64,000 nucleotides of DNA. Origin: a virus. Shown piece after piece: positions 29,900 to 39,205 of the stretch. Under the pieces are notes generated by a model. That model worked only from the letters and a program-made list of their open reading frames with translations. It was not told where the DNA came from and searched no databases. The first letter of the stretch is position 1. Each line of letters starts with the position of its first letter. The position numbers and the translations under genes were made by a program. The stretch lies in IMG/VR virus record IMGVR_UViG_3300032770_000005, positions 1-64,000 of that record. One strand, given 5' to 3'.

Positions 29900-31585
29900 A
29901 TGGGCTCCAGATACGAAATCCACATCGGGCCGCAGGGCTCTGGAGGCAGCGGGCCACCGCCAACCGTGGACGACCACTTCGCTCCCAAGTATCTCGTGGG
30001 CAACGTGCCAGCCGGTGATCCGAACGCCGCGCAGGCAGCGCCGTTCGTGTACATCCCCGATCCGGGCGACGGCAGCGGCATCGCTGCCGCGCTGGCCCAG
30101 CCGAACGGCCCTGGCGATGTCTGGATCAGACCCGGGACCTACGACCTCGGCGCGGGCACCACTCCGCCGCTGTTCGTGCCGACTGGTGTGCGCGTGCAGG
30201 GCTCGGGGCAGTCGACGATCGTGAAGGGCAAGACGACCGGCGACCAGGGCGTCTTCGTGCTGTCGCTCGGCTCGACGCTGTCGCACCTTCAGTGCGAGGT
30301 CACGGCATCGGACGCGGGGAGCGTCACGTCGATCGCACTGATCCGCTCGATCAGCGCGCTGCTCATCGAGGACGTGCAGGTCACGTTCGCGACCGCGGCT
30401 GGCGGTGTGCTGCGACAGGGCATTCGTCTGGAGGCGACAGCTGGCGCTCCGAAGCAGACGAACGTTCGGAACGTGAACATCGTGTGCACGACGACACCGA
30501 CTGGCATCGGCAGCCCGACGGCGTGTATGTGGGTCGATGGTACGCCGCCCACGCAGGCATACGGAGATCTCGATACCGTCTTCTGCCAGGGTGGTGACGT
30601 CGGCGTCATCAACAACGGCCTGTTCATCGGCGACAACATCGTCCTGTTGAACTGGTACCAGTACGGCATCTGGACCCAGCCCGGCTCCGGTGGCGCGCTC
30701 AGTCAGATCCTCAACGGGTACGTCATCGCGAACCCGGCTCCGTCCGCCAACCCCATAGGGGTCTACGTGCAAGCAGGCGGTCTGGCCGCTCGATCGGTCT
30801 CGCTTCAGCTCGGCGCGACTGCTGGAGGCGTCGGTGTGGCCATCGACGGGGCGAGCGGGCAGGTCAACTTCGGCACCATCGAGAACTGCACGATCAGCTG
30901 CGACACGATCGGCGTCAAGCTGGGCAGTTCCGGCGGCCTCGCGGTCAACGGCACTACGGTGCGCGACTGCGAGATCGTCACGGGTCAGTACGGCGTGCTG
31001 GGCGGCAACCTGTCGACCTCGCACATCACCGACAACGACATCACGTTGAACTCGGGTGGCAGCCAGTCTCCGGTCGCCGGCATCCAGCTCGTGAGCGGTG
31101 GCACACGCGACACGGTCGAGGACAACGCGATACAGGTGAACGACGGCGCCGGCGCAGCGTACGCCATCGACAGCGCCGCGGCGGAGGTCACGATCTCGGG
31201 CAACGCGATCATCGGCACCGGGGCGGGCGGGATTCACGTGCACGGCCAGCGCCACACGTGCGTCGGCAACGTCATCCAGGCCAACGCCATCGGGACCCCG
31301 TGGACTGCGATCCGTGTCGAGGCCGGTGCTGGCTGCACCGTCGTCGGCAACTCGTGCAGCAACTCGAACGCCTACACGCTTGCTCCCATCGTGATGGCGG
31401 CCGACCTCTGCACGATCGGAAACAACATCACGTCCGTGACGTCTGGTGCTCCGGGCGCGACGCCGGGCATCTCGATCAGCGGCAGCAACAACACCTGTCT
31501 CGGCAACACCTGCAACGGGTCGAACACGGTGCCGGTGTCCGACACAGGCCTCGGCAACGACGTCGCACACAACATCGGCGTGTAA
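29900..31585 (+). CDS. right-handed beta-helix (pectate-lyase-like) spike or depolymerase
   Basis: IAAAL...DVWIRPGTY...GVRVQGSG.STI opening, then repeated IxGN/VxGN strands. Confidence 0.75.
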   Translation: MGSRYEIHIGPQGSGGSGPPPTVDDHFAPKYLVGNVPAGDPNAAQAAPFVYIPDPGDGSGIAAALAQPNGPGDVWIRPGTYDLGAGTTPPLFVPTGVRVQGSGQSTIVKGKTTGDQGVFVLSLGSTLSHLQCEVTASDAGSVTSIALIRSISALLIEDVQVTFATAAGGVLRQGIRLEATAGAPKQTNVRNVNIVCTTTPTGIGSPTACMWVDGTPPTQAYGDLDTVFCQGGDVGVINNGLFIGDNIVLLNWYQYGIWTQPGSGGALSQILNGYVIANPAPSANPIGVYVQAGGLAARSVSLQLGATAGGVGVAIDGASGQVNFGTIENCTISCDTIGVKLGSSGGLAVNGTTVRDCEIVTGQYGVLGGNLSTSHITDNDITLNSGGSQSPVAGIQLVSGGTRDTVEDNAIQVNDGAGAAYAIDSAAAEVTISGNAIIGTGAGGIHVHGQRHTCVGNVIQANAIGTPWTAIRVEAGAGCTVVGNSCSNSNAYTLAPIVMAADLCTIGNNITSVTSGAPGATPGISISGSNNTCLGNTCNGSNTVPVSDTGLGNDVAHNIGV

Positions 31586-31588
31586 CCC

Positions 31589-33244
31589 ATGGCGATCAGA
31601 ACACCGGGTCTTCAGGTCAGATCTCAGTACCACGCGTACTGGGGTCAGTACGCCACGACGACGGCGCTGCCGAACGGGTCCGGAGCGCCACTGCCGGCGG
31701 CCGACTTCGATCTCGAAGCGGGTGATACGGCGTATGTCACTGGGGCGCCGGCTGGGCTCTACGAGTGCATTTCGGCGGGCACGCCTGGCGGCGGTGACGC
31801 GGTCTGGGCGGGCGTCGGCATCGGTCCCTGGTCGAGCGTGCTCTACGTGGACGGCGTGCGCGGCAACGACACGACCGGCCAGCGGGGCAACATGAGCTTG
31901 CCGTTTTTGACGCCGCAGGCCGCGCTCAACGCGATGCAGACTGGCGATGTGGTGACCCTGGCGCCGCAGACGTTCGTCCTGAACGCGCCTCTCACGGTGC
32001 CGGCGGCGGTCAGCTATGGGTCCTGCTACGGCTACCTCGGCGCGACATTCGGGCGGGCCAACTCGTTCTCCGATGGCATGCGCACCGTGCTCGTGGCGAA
32101 CGGCATCGCGGAGCAGTGGAATCTGAGCGCGACCGGCGCGGGCGTCGGGCTCTCGGCCTTCACGATCGGCGCGATGCTGCTCGGTCCGACAAACAACCAC
32201 TTCGTCTTCGCGACGACGCAGAACGTGCTGTGCGATGGGACGCTCTACGGAGCGCCGACGTCGACGTTCATGAACAATGGTCTCTGTCTCGACAGGATCC
32301 AGATCAACGACGCGCCGTCGCTGTCGGTCGTCTTCAAGTACGTCCGAACGGCCACGATTCAGGACTGCAACTTCGCTTCTGGTGCCATCTCTCTGACGGG
32401 TGGTGCCACGACCATCATGCGAACGTTCGCCCGTGCGCTGCCGTGTACGATCATCGGTGACACGACGGATCCGCTGTCGCCTACCAACTTTCCGCAGCTG
32501 TCCATTCTGATTGCCAGCATCGTCGGTGGATCTGGCGCCTCGGCGACGGTTACGTTCACCGGACAGAGCGCGCTCGTCGTCGACGACACGAGCAGCGTTG
32601 GTGGTCTACGTAGTCAGAACTTGGCGGTCAACGGTGCGTTCGTGCCGTCGATGTCGTGTACAGGCAACATTGGAGGCGCAGGCGCAAGCGGGGGGTTCCA
32701 GGCCGGCATCGACTTCAAGACGAGTGGACTACCGGATACGGCCACGGTGCTCACCTTCGACCTGCGGGGATCCAAGTGGATGGATCTTGGTGGCGCGGGC
32801 ATCGGCGGCGTACCTGCGATTCGCGCCATCGTCACGGGGGCTGCTCCGGCGAACTTCCAGACGATCAAGTGTGACGACACCACGGCGCTTCCGGGTATCC
32901 TCATCCTCGCTGACAGCAAGATTCACATCACCGGTCGCGGGGCCATCTGGCCGCAGATGGTGCTCCAGACCCCGGGGACGACGACCGCAGACGGCGACAT
33001 CATCCCGCCTGCGATCTCGGGCACCATCGACCTGCACGCCGGCGGCACCGTCGCGCAGACCTGGGTGGGCCTCGGCTACGCGGGCTTCGTTCGTGCGGGC
33101 GCGGCGCCCGACGTCGTGCTCCTCACGTCGAGCGCTCAGGGCGCCGACGCCGTCGTGAAGTCGCCTGCGACCACGGGCTTCACCACTGTCTCGACCGCGG
33201 TCGCGGGCAACACCGCAGCCAACTGGGAAGCGATCTGGAAATGA
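31589..33244 (+). CDS. putative spike/fibre protein
   Basis: QYHAYWGQY N-module; LYVDGVRGND..G....PFLTPQAAL...GDVV beta-helix opening. Confidence 0.65.
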   Translation: MAIRTPGLQVRSQYHAYWGQYATTTALPNGSGAPLPAADFDLEAGDTAYVTGAPAGLYECISAGTPGGGDAVWAGVGIGPWSSVLYVDGVRGNDTTGQRGNMSLPFLTPQAALNAMQTGDVVTLAPQTFVLNAPLTVPAAVSYGSCYGYLGATFGRANSFSDGMRTVLVANGIAEQWNLSATGAGVGLSAFTIGAMLLGPTNNHFVFATTQNVLCDGTLYGAPTSTFMNNGLCLDRIQINDAPSLSVVFKYVRTATIQDCNFASGAISLTGGATTIMRTFARALPCTIIGDTTDPLSPTNFPQLSILIASIVGGSGASATVTFTGQSALVVDDTSSVGGLRSQNLAVNGAFVPSMSCTGNIGGAGASGGFQAGIDFKTSGLPDTATVLTFDLRGSKWMDLGGAGIGGVPAIRAIVTGAAPANFQTIKCDDTTALPGILILADSKIHITGRGAIWPQMVLQTPGTTTADGDIIPPAISGTIDLHAGGTVAQTWVGLGYAGFVRAGAAPDVVLLTSSAQGADAVVKSPATTGFTTVSTAVAGNTAANWEAIWK

Positions 33245-33861
33245 CGCCCACGCACGATCTCTTGCTCGCGAGCCGTGGTTGGTGCGCAACCATCCGGGAG
33301 CGGCACGCGCTCGACCAGCTCGCGCACAAGGAAGGCCGCGCTCATCAGAAGGTCGACCCCGAGGCGCATCCCGACCTCGTGCCCGGCATCGGCGAGAACG
33401 GCCAGGTGACGGCGTGGGTCACGAACTGGATCGCCTTCCGCATCCGGCGCGTGGCCATCGAGCAGTCGCAGGCCAAGAGCAACGCCGAGCGCGTCCTCGC
33501 CGAGCTGCCGGAAGAGCACGCTGCACGCGTGCGTGACGAGTGGGCCATGCGCGACTACGGCGCGACGCACGAGGTCACGCGTGCCCGTATCGCCGCACTG
33601 AGGGCCAAGGTCGAGGTCGACCCGAACCGCACCGAGGCAGATCGCGCGGAGATCCTCAAGATGCTCGACGAGCAGCAGTCGTTTCTCACGCGGCACGAGA
33701 CGACGGCGGTCGGACGGGCAGCGCTGGAGCGCAGCGAGGCGGAGCAGACGCTCGCTGATGCGAATGCGTACCTGAGCGTCGCGCAGAACGACCTCATCCT
33801 GCACTACCGGACGCAGCTCGAAGGAGAGCTGAAGGCCGCCGGCGCGACGAGCACGACATGA
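33241..33861 (+). CDS. hypothetical coiled-coil protein
   Basis: ATGA coupling on both sides. Confidence 0.7.
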   Translation: MTPTHDLLLASRGWCATIRERHALDQLAHKEGRAHQKVDPEAHPDLVPGIGENGQVTAWVTNWIAFRIRRVAIEQSQAKSNAERVLAELPEEHAARVRDEWAMRDYGATHEVTRARIAALRAKVEVDPNRTEADRAEILKMLDEQQSFLTRHETTAVGRAALERSEAEQTLADANAYLSVAQNDLILHYRTQLEGELKAAGATSTT

Positions 33862-35582
33862 GCACTACGACGGCCGGCGCCTACCAGAAGATCATCCAGT
33901 ACCACGCGTACTGGGGCCAGTACGTGTGGAACGCGGGCGCCGTGAACACGTTCGACGGTCGGACTTCCGACGTCGGCTCGACCAATCTGCCGAATGCGCC
34001 GGGCAACCCGCTGGCAGCGCCGTTCTTCCAGAAGCTCCAGTCGGGCGACACGGCTTCGACGACGGAGGCGAGCGCGGACGGGAGTCAGATCGGCCTCTGG
34101 GTCTGCATCTACCCGGGCGCAGCGCCTGGGGACGGGCTCGCGGTGTGGGCCCGCAGCGACAACGCGCACACGATTCGCGATGCTCACGTCATCGTGGTGG
34201 GCCAGAGCGGATGGCTCGCGGGGCTGGCGAATGCCGGGCAGCCGCCGCTCCCGGCCAACAACCTCGACCTTAGCCTCGCGACGGGCGACGTCGCCTCGGT
34301 GACGTGCGACTACCTCGACGCGGGCGACGGCGCGGAGTTCGAGCAGGCGCTGCTCGCGGCCGCGGCGTCGGGCTCTCCGATCGACGTGCGCTTGCGCCCG
34401 TGCGACATCGAGCTGACGGGAACGACGACGGTGCCGGTCACGCTGCCCGCCGGCTGCCGGCTCATCGGCGCTGGCATGCACGTGAGCACGATCGCGAGTC
34501 GCTCGGCCGTCGGAGACGACCAGAGCACGCTGATCGTCGAGGCCGAGGCCGAGTGCATCGACGTCGGGTTCGTGAGCCCGAAGGTGACGGGTGGCGCGCC
34601 CGGCGGCACGAACACGTTCGTCGTGAGCGCCGGCGGCGCGTACACGCGGTTCAAGAACTGCTACTTCGAGCTGGATGGTGCAGCGCGAGTCGCTTACGTC
34701 GCGCTCCTCGATGCGACGGCGACCGCGCTCGTGATGGACTGCTCGTTCCTCGGTGAGGACCAGACGAGCAACGCGACTCCGGGCACCGCGGTCTGGATGG
34801 GAGATCCGAGCGGCAGCTTCGTCACGCCCGACCACGACTTCGTGGTGCGCGGGTGCACGTTCGACACGTGGAACCGGCTGCTGTTCGTGTACGAGGCGAC
34901 CCGGGGCTCGATGTACGACTGCGAGGGCATCGTCGTGCGTCCGAACGACGGCGCCATCGGCGTGACGTGGACGGGGACTGGCGGCGGTGGGGGCGATCCT
35001 ACGGTGCGGGTCGACAACGTGCGCGTCTACGTCTCGCCCACCGAGGCCGGCGGCGACACGGCCTACTACGGCATCCTGCTCACGCAGAACCGTGGCAGCG
35101 ACACGATGGAGGCGCTCCAGTTCAGCGGCGTGCAGGTCATCTTCCTCGCGGGTGGCACGACTGTTCCTCGGTACGGCTACAGCATCAACGCCGGCTCCAG
35201 CGGCGTGCTCCAGGGCATGACGCTCGTCGGCGGCTCGGTGTTCGGGCACACGATCGGCATCGCCGTGAACGCGAACGGCGGCGGCACGGTCGAGGACGGT
35301 TCGATCGCCGCCGTGGCGCTCGGGACCCCGACCACGCTGGGCGGCGTCCCGGGGACGCAGATTCGCCTTCAGCAAGGCGGCGGCCTACTGTCGACGTTCG
35401 GCGTCTACAACTGCGCCGCACGCAACGCGCCTGCCGGCGGCTACGGCATCGACCTCGAAGCGGCTACGCCGTCGCTGCTCAAGAACACGATCGTCGTCGG
35501 CAACAACATCGTGCCCTCGGGCGGCACGGCGTTCCGCGACCAAGGGACCGGCACCGAGGCCGGCCACAACATCGAGTCGTGA
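33858..35582 (+). CDS. putative beta-helix spike protein
   Basis: QYHAYWGQY N-module shared with 31589; DxGDG and terminal HNI motifs shared with 29900. Confidence 0.7.
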   Translation: MSTTTAGAYQKIIQYHAYWGQYVWNAGAVNTFDGRTSDVGSTNLPNAPGNPLAAPFFQKLQSGDTASTTEASADGSQIGLWVCIYPGAAPGDGLAVWARSDNAHTIRDAHVIVVGQSGWLAGLANAGQPPLPANNLDLSLATGDVASVTCDYLDAGDGAEFEQALLAAAASGSPIDVRLRPCDIELTGTTTVPVTLPAGCRLIGAGMHVSTIASRSAVGDDQSTLIVEAEAECIDVGFVSPKVTGGAPGGTNTFVVSAGGAYTRFKNCYFELDGAARVAYVALLDATATALVMDCSFLGEDQTSNATPGTAVWMGDPSGSFVTPDHDFVVRGCTFDTWNRLLFVYEATRGSMYDCEGIVVRPNDGAIGVTWTGTGGGGGDPTVRVDNVRVYVSPTEAGGDTAYYGILLTQNRGSDTMEALQFSGVQVIFLAGGTTVPRYGYSINAGSSGVLQGMTLVGGSVFGHTIGIAVNANGGGTVEDGSIAAVALGTPTTLGGVPGTQIRLQQGGGLLSTFGVYNCAARNAPAGGYGIDLEAATPSLLKNTIVVGNNIVPSGGTAFRDQGTGTEAGHNIES

Positions 35583-35908
35583 TGCGCAGCCGACTCAGCG
35601 CCGCGGAGCGCGCAGCCACCTTGCGCCCGGTGCTCTTGAGCGGCATCGGCCGCGGCGGCGGCTACGTCGACCCGAAGACGCTCGCGGAAGTCGCAGAGCT
35701 GCTCGGCACGACCGAGGAAGACATCAGCGTGCTCCGCTACGGCCGCGCCTCGACGGCCGTGATGCTGATGTCGTTCACGCAGCAGCTCGATCGGGAACGC
35801 GGGCCGAACAAGAGCGCGACGCTCGTGCTCCAACGGTTCGCAGGCAAGCCGGTCACGGTGCGCGGCGACGTCGTCTGCTTTCCCGCAGGCGCTCCGTTCA
35901 GCTGCTGA
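35582..35908 (+). CDS. hypothetical protein
   Basis: TGATG coupling. Confidence 0.55.
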   Translation: MRSRLSAAERAATLRPVLLSGIGRGGGYVDPKTLAEVAELLGTTEEDISVLRYGRASTAVMLMSFTQQLDRERGPNKSATLVLQRFAGKPVTVRGDVVCFPAGAPFSC

Positions 35909-35910
35909 AT

Positions 35911-35944
35911 GTGAGTTGCGTGTGTTGCGTATGTAGCGTACGCT
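35911..35944. promoter_or_regulatory. three tandem 9-bp units plus a -10-like hexamer
   Basis: GTGAGTTGC GTGTGTTGC GTATGTAGC, then TACGCT 6 nt before ATG 35951. Confidence 0.6.
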
Positions 35945-35950
35945 CCGCGC

Positions 35951-36838
35951 ATGATGACTGGTGTCCCGATGCGCTCCGAGAGGTGGTTGGTGGCGTGCGG
36001 CGCGTTCTGCGCGGCAGCGTGCTGGGTGGCTGGGTGCGCGCCGACGCCTGACGTTCTGCTCGACGTGTCGCCCGCGGCAGACGCTGCGCCGACCGGCGAT
36101 GCCGGCTTCGTGGTCGACGCAGCGGATGCGGGCATGCTCGATGTCGACGGGGCCGTCGCGGGCGACGCGGATGCGCTCGGTGCGATCGACGCTGCCACGA
36201 GCGATGGTGACGGCGGCGCGACTGACGCCGCGAGTGCGAGCGATGCCGGCGTCGACGCGTCGTCGCCGGCGGTCGACGCCGCGAGTGCACTGTGCGGCAA
36301 CGGCTACATCGACCCGGGCGAGGTCTGTGACCCGGGCGAGGTCTATCCGGATGGCGGCACCATGCCGATCACCGACTCGCCGTGGTGCCACGGGTGCACT
36401 GTGATCGGATGTCCTGGCGGCGGCATCGATCCCGTCACGAACTGGTGCGTGGTGGTCGCCGAGGGCATGGCTCCAGATCCGTCCACGATCAGGCCCGCAA
36501 CGCGATGGCCGATGGTCTACTGGGACACCGCTGCCGAGCTGACGGGGCTGCTCACGGCGATCGCGGCGATTGGTCCGGACGAGCAGGGCCAGGTCGCGCT
36601 CAGGCGATTCGGCGGCGTGACGGGCACCTGGTACATGTACCGAGAGGACGGGACGTCGTTCGTTCCTACCGACATGCCCGCGTGGGTCGAGCGCTTTCCG
36701 CTGGCAGATCCGTCCTACTGCGCCGAGCTGCACCAGGCGGCTTCCGGCGCCCTGAGCCTCCAGCAGACGACGTGCGGGCGCGCCACTGACGTGAGCGCGC
36801 AGTTCGTGTTCTCGCCGCCGCCCGGCATCGCTCATTGA
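35951..36838 (+). CDS. lipoprotein with Myxococcus-type Cys-rich repeat
   Basis: Lipobox VAGC, DA(G/S) linker repeats, LCGNGYIDPGEVCDPG. Confidence 0.7.
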   Translation: MMTGVPMRSERWLVACGAFCAAACWVAGCAPTPDVLLDVSPAADAAPTGDAGFVVDAADAGMLDVDGAVAGDADALGAIDAATSDGDGGATDAASASDAGVDASSPAVDAASALCGNGYIDPGEVCDPGEVYPDGGTMPITDSPWCHGCTVIGCPGGGIDPVTNWCVVVAEGMAPDPSTIRPATRWPMVYWDTAAELTGLLTAIAAIGPDEQGQVALRRFGGVTGTWYMYREDGTSFVPTDMPAWVERFPLADPSYCAELHQAASGALSLQQTTCGRATDVSAQFVFSPPPGIAH

Positions 36839-36857
36839 AAAACAGAGAGGCCTGTGC

Positions 36858-37898
36858 GGCGCGAGGCCAGTGCGGGGGCTTCGTGCCTGCGACTACTGCG
36901 CCGCATGCCGCGCTGTGGTCCCAGCCGCCGCCGAGCGAGCCAGTGCGGGGGCCTCATGCCCGCGACATGCCAGCGCAGTGGCTTGGTGCCTGCGACGCTT
37001 GTCTCCTCGGCCGTCGGTGCCGTCAGTCGCGAGGCCAGCGCAGGGGCCTGATGCCTGCGGCCGTGTTGCGAAGCCTGCGCAGAGCCGAGTGCCTGCGACT
37101 GGCGCGTGACGAGATCGGCTCTACCTTAGGCGGTAAGCCGCGAGGCCGGCGCGGGGGCTTGGTGCTCGCGACGTGCGGTCCGAGCACGCACCGGCAACGC
37201 CTGTGTTTGCAGGGCCAGCGCGGGGGCCGAGTGCCCGCGACCCCACTTCTGCGATCCTTCGAGGCCAGCGCGAGGGCATCGTGCTCGCGACCGCGGATCC
37301 GTGCTCGCGACCGCGGATCGCGGTGAGGATCAACGAGCCCGGCCGCAGGGGGCATCGTGCCGTCGCGAAGCCAGCGCGGGGGCCGAGTGCTCGCGACGAG
37401 GTCGTGGGGTGCCCGTGCTCGTGGTCATGAAGCCAGGCCGGCGCGAGGGCTTAGTGCTTGCGACGAGAACTGTGAGCACCACGTCGGCTCAGCAGAAGGC
37501 CAGCGCGGGGGCCGTGTGCCTGCGACGGCGAGCCGGGCGCGCACCGACAGTGGACCGTCATCCGTCGCGAGAGGCCAGCGCGGGGGCCGAGTGCCCGCGA
37601 TTGTCTCGTCGCGGTCATGTTGTTGCGACGACATCATCGTTGCAGGGCCAGCGCGGGGGCCTGATGCCTGCGACTGGGCCGTTGCAGCGCGGTGCGAGTG
37701 CCTGTGTCGCGAGGCCAGCGCGAGGGCTTCGTGCTCGCGACGCAGGGTTCGCCTCCAGAAGCGCGCGGCGCGTGCTCCTCCTCGTCGCGAGGCCAGCGCA
37801 GGGGCCTGGTGCCTGCGACTGGAGATCTGCCATTGTCGTTGCCGGCGCCGTCGATGAGGCCGGAAATCACGCCAGCGCGAGGGTCTCGTGCTCGCGAC
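36858..37898 (+). CRISPR. orphan array of repeat family B, about 16 heterogeneous repeats
   Basis: Repeat 3' ends at 36893, 36966, 36996, 37061, 37099, 37172, 37241, 37291, 37397, 37464, 37526, 37601, 37674, 37741, 37819 and 37898; core GCCAGCGC(G/A)(G/A)GGGCNNN(G/A)TGC(C/T)(C/T)GCGAC. Confidence 0.88.
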
Positions 37899-37956
37899 AT
37901 CACAGGAACGCGACCACGGCTTGGCGCCGAGGGGCCGGCCCGGTACGATGCGAGGC

Positions 37957-38727
37957 ATGACGACCCGCCGAGGCATGCTCTGGAAGACGCCGTGGAAGAG
38001 AGATCGCAACAAGGCGCCCCTGCCTCCCGGCGGCGAGATGGCCTTCTTCCAGAACTTCGACTCCGGCGCGAACAGTTCCGCGTACAAGAGCGTCGGCAAC
38101 ACGATGCTCGGGCAGTCGCTGCCGTTCTGGTTCGGCGCAGTGAGCGCGCAGCAGAACACGCTCACCAACTTCTTCGGCGCGGTCCCCGGCGCCGGCTTCG
38201 GCTTCTCAGCAGGGCTGCTCGGTGGCACGGCTGGCCTCGTCTCGGGCAATGCTGAGGCGGCTCCGAGCCTCGTCTCCAACGGCCAGCTCGCGGTCAGGCC
38301 TGCCGCCGGCACGATCGCGGTCGTCGCCATCCTGGCGATCGTCGAGCAGGCCGGCGCGGGCTACCGGCTCACGACGTACTTCTGTCGGCTCGGGCAGCCG
38401 ATCAAGCAGACCGTGACGCCCTACGCGCCGCCCGGCGCGACGCAGCTCGTTCTGTCCGCGAGCACCGGGCTGATCCACGGCGCAGCCGGCGGAGCCGGCG
38501 TGCCGACCGCCGCCCAGGTCCAGTCGTGGTTCCAGCAGCTGAAGCTGAACCGCGAGGTCGGGGAGATCCCCGGCCTCACGTCGCACCTCTACTCCGCTAC
38601 GAGCGTCTATCCGCTCGTGCCGGCCGTGCTACCGAACGGAGCGGGCGGCCAGAACATGGACTACACGGTGATCGCTGGCGCGCCGACACCGACCAACGTG
38701 CTGCTCGCCGTGTCGTTCCCCTGGTGA
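37957..38727 (+). CDS. hypothetical (possibly structural) protein between the two orphan arrays
   Basis: TTGGCG-17-TACGAT promoter at 37921-37949; Gly/Ala/Pro-rich ORF. Confidence 0.7.
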   Translation: MTTRRGMLWKTPWKRDRNKAPLPPGGEMAFFQNFDSGANSSAYKSVGNTMLGQSLPFWFGAVSAQQNTLTNFFGAVPGAGFGFSAGLLGGTAGLVSGNAEAAPSLVSNGQLAVRPAAGTIAVVAILAIVEQAGAGYRLTTYFCRLGQPIKQTVTPYAPPGATQLVLSASTGLIHGAAGGAGVPTAAQVQSWFQQLKLNREVGEIPGLTSHLYSATSVYPLVPAVLPNGAGGQNMDYTVIAGAPTPTNVLLAVSFPW

Positions 38728-38758
38728 ACGTGTCGGACACGTTGTAGGCTGCTCGTCC

Positions 38759-39205
38759 ATGAGCAACGACGCCTTCAACCGCGGCATCTTCAGCGAGCAG
38801 AAGGGCGTGCTCGACGACGCCTTCCAGAACGCGACGGGCGTCGAGCACGCGACCGGCGATCTCAAGGAGGGCATCAGAGAGAACGTCGAGATGGGCGGCG
38901 TGCGCCTCATGAGCGACTGCAACTACTGCGGGCTCCAGTGGCGCGGCATCGTGAAGTGGCCCGAGATCGCCGGCTTCTTCACCGGTCAGCAGGTGCCGGG
39001 CACCCAAGCGATCAGACCCGGCGTGGCCAGCGCCTTCGGTTGCAGAAAATGCAACAGCGTCAACAAGTTCCTGATGCCGTGGGCGGACATCAACCGGTAC
39101 GTGGCGATGGGCGTGGAGATGGGTGCGCTGCCGCGAGACATCTACAAGGTCCGCGAGCAGATCATGGCGCAGCGCGCCGCGCAGAGATCTGCACGCGGCA
39201 GATGA
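38759..39205 (+). CDS. hypothetical protein with two CxxC motifs
   Basis: CNYCG...CRKC; preceded by the palindrome AACGTGTCGGACACGTT. Confidence 0.7.
   Translation: MSNDAFNRGIFSEQKGVLDDAFQNATGVEHATGDLKEGIRENVEMGGVRLMSDCNYCGLQWRGIVKWPEIAGFFTGQQVPGTQAIRPGVASAFGCRKCNSVNKFLMPWADINRYVAMGVEMGALPRDIYKVREQIMAQRAAQRSARGR

Noticed and set aside
36835-37960. ORFs predicted across the orphan array (also 38938-40242 and 59051-60286)
   Set aside because: They are translations of repeats (ARPARG, QGQRGG), not plausible proteins.
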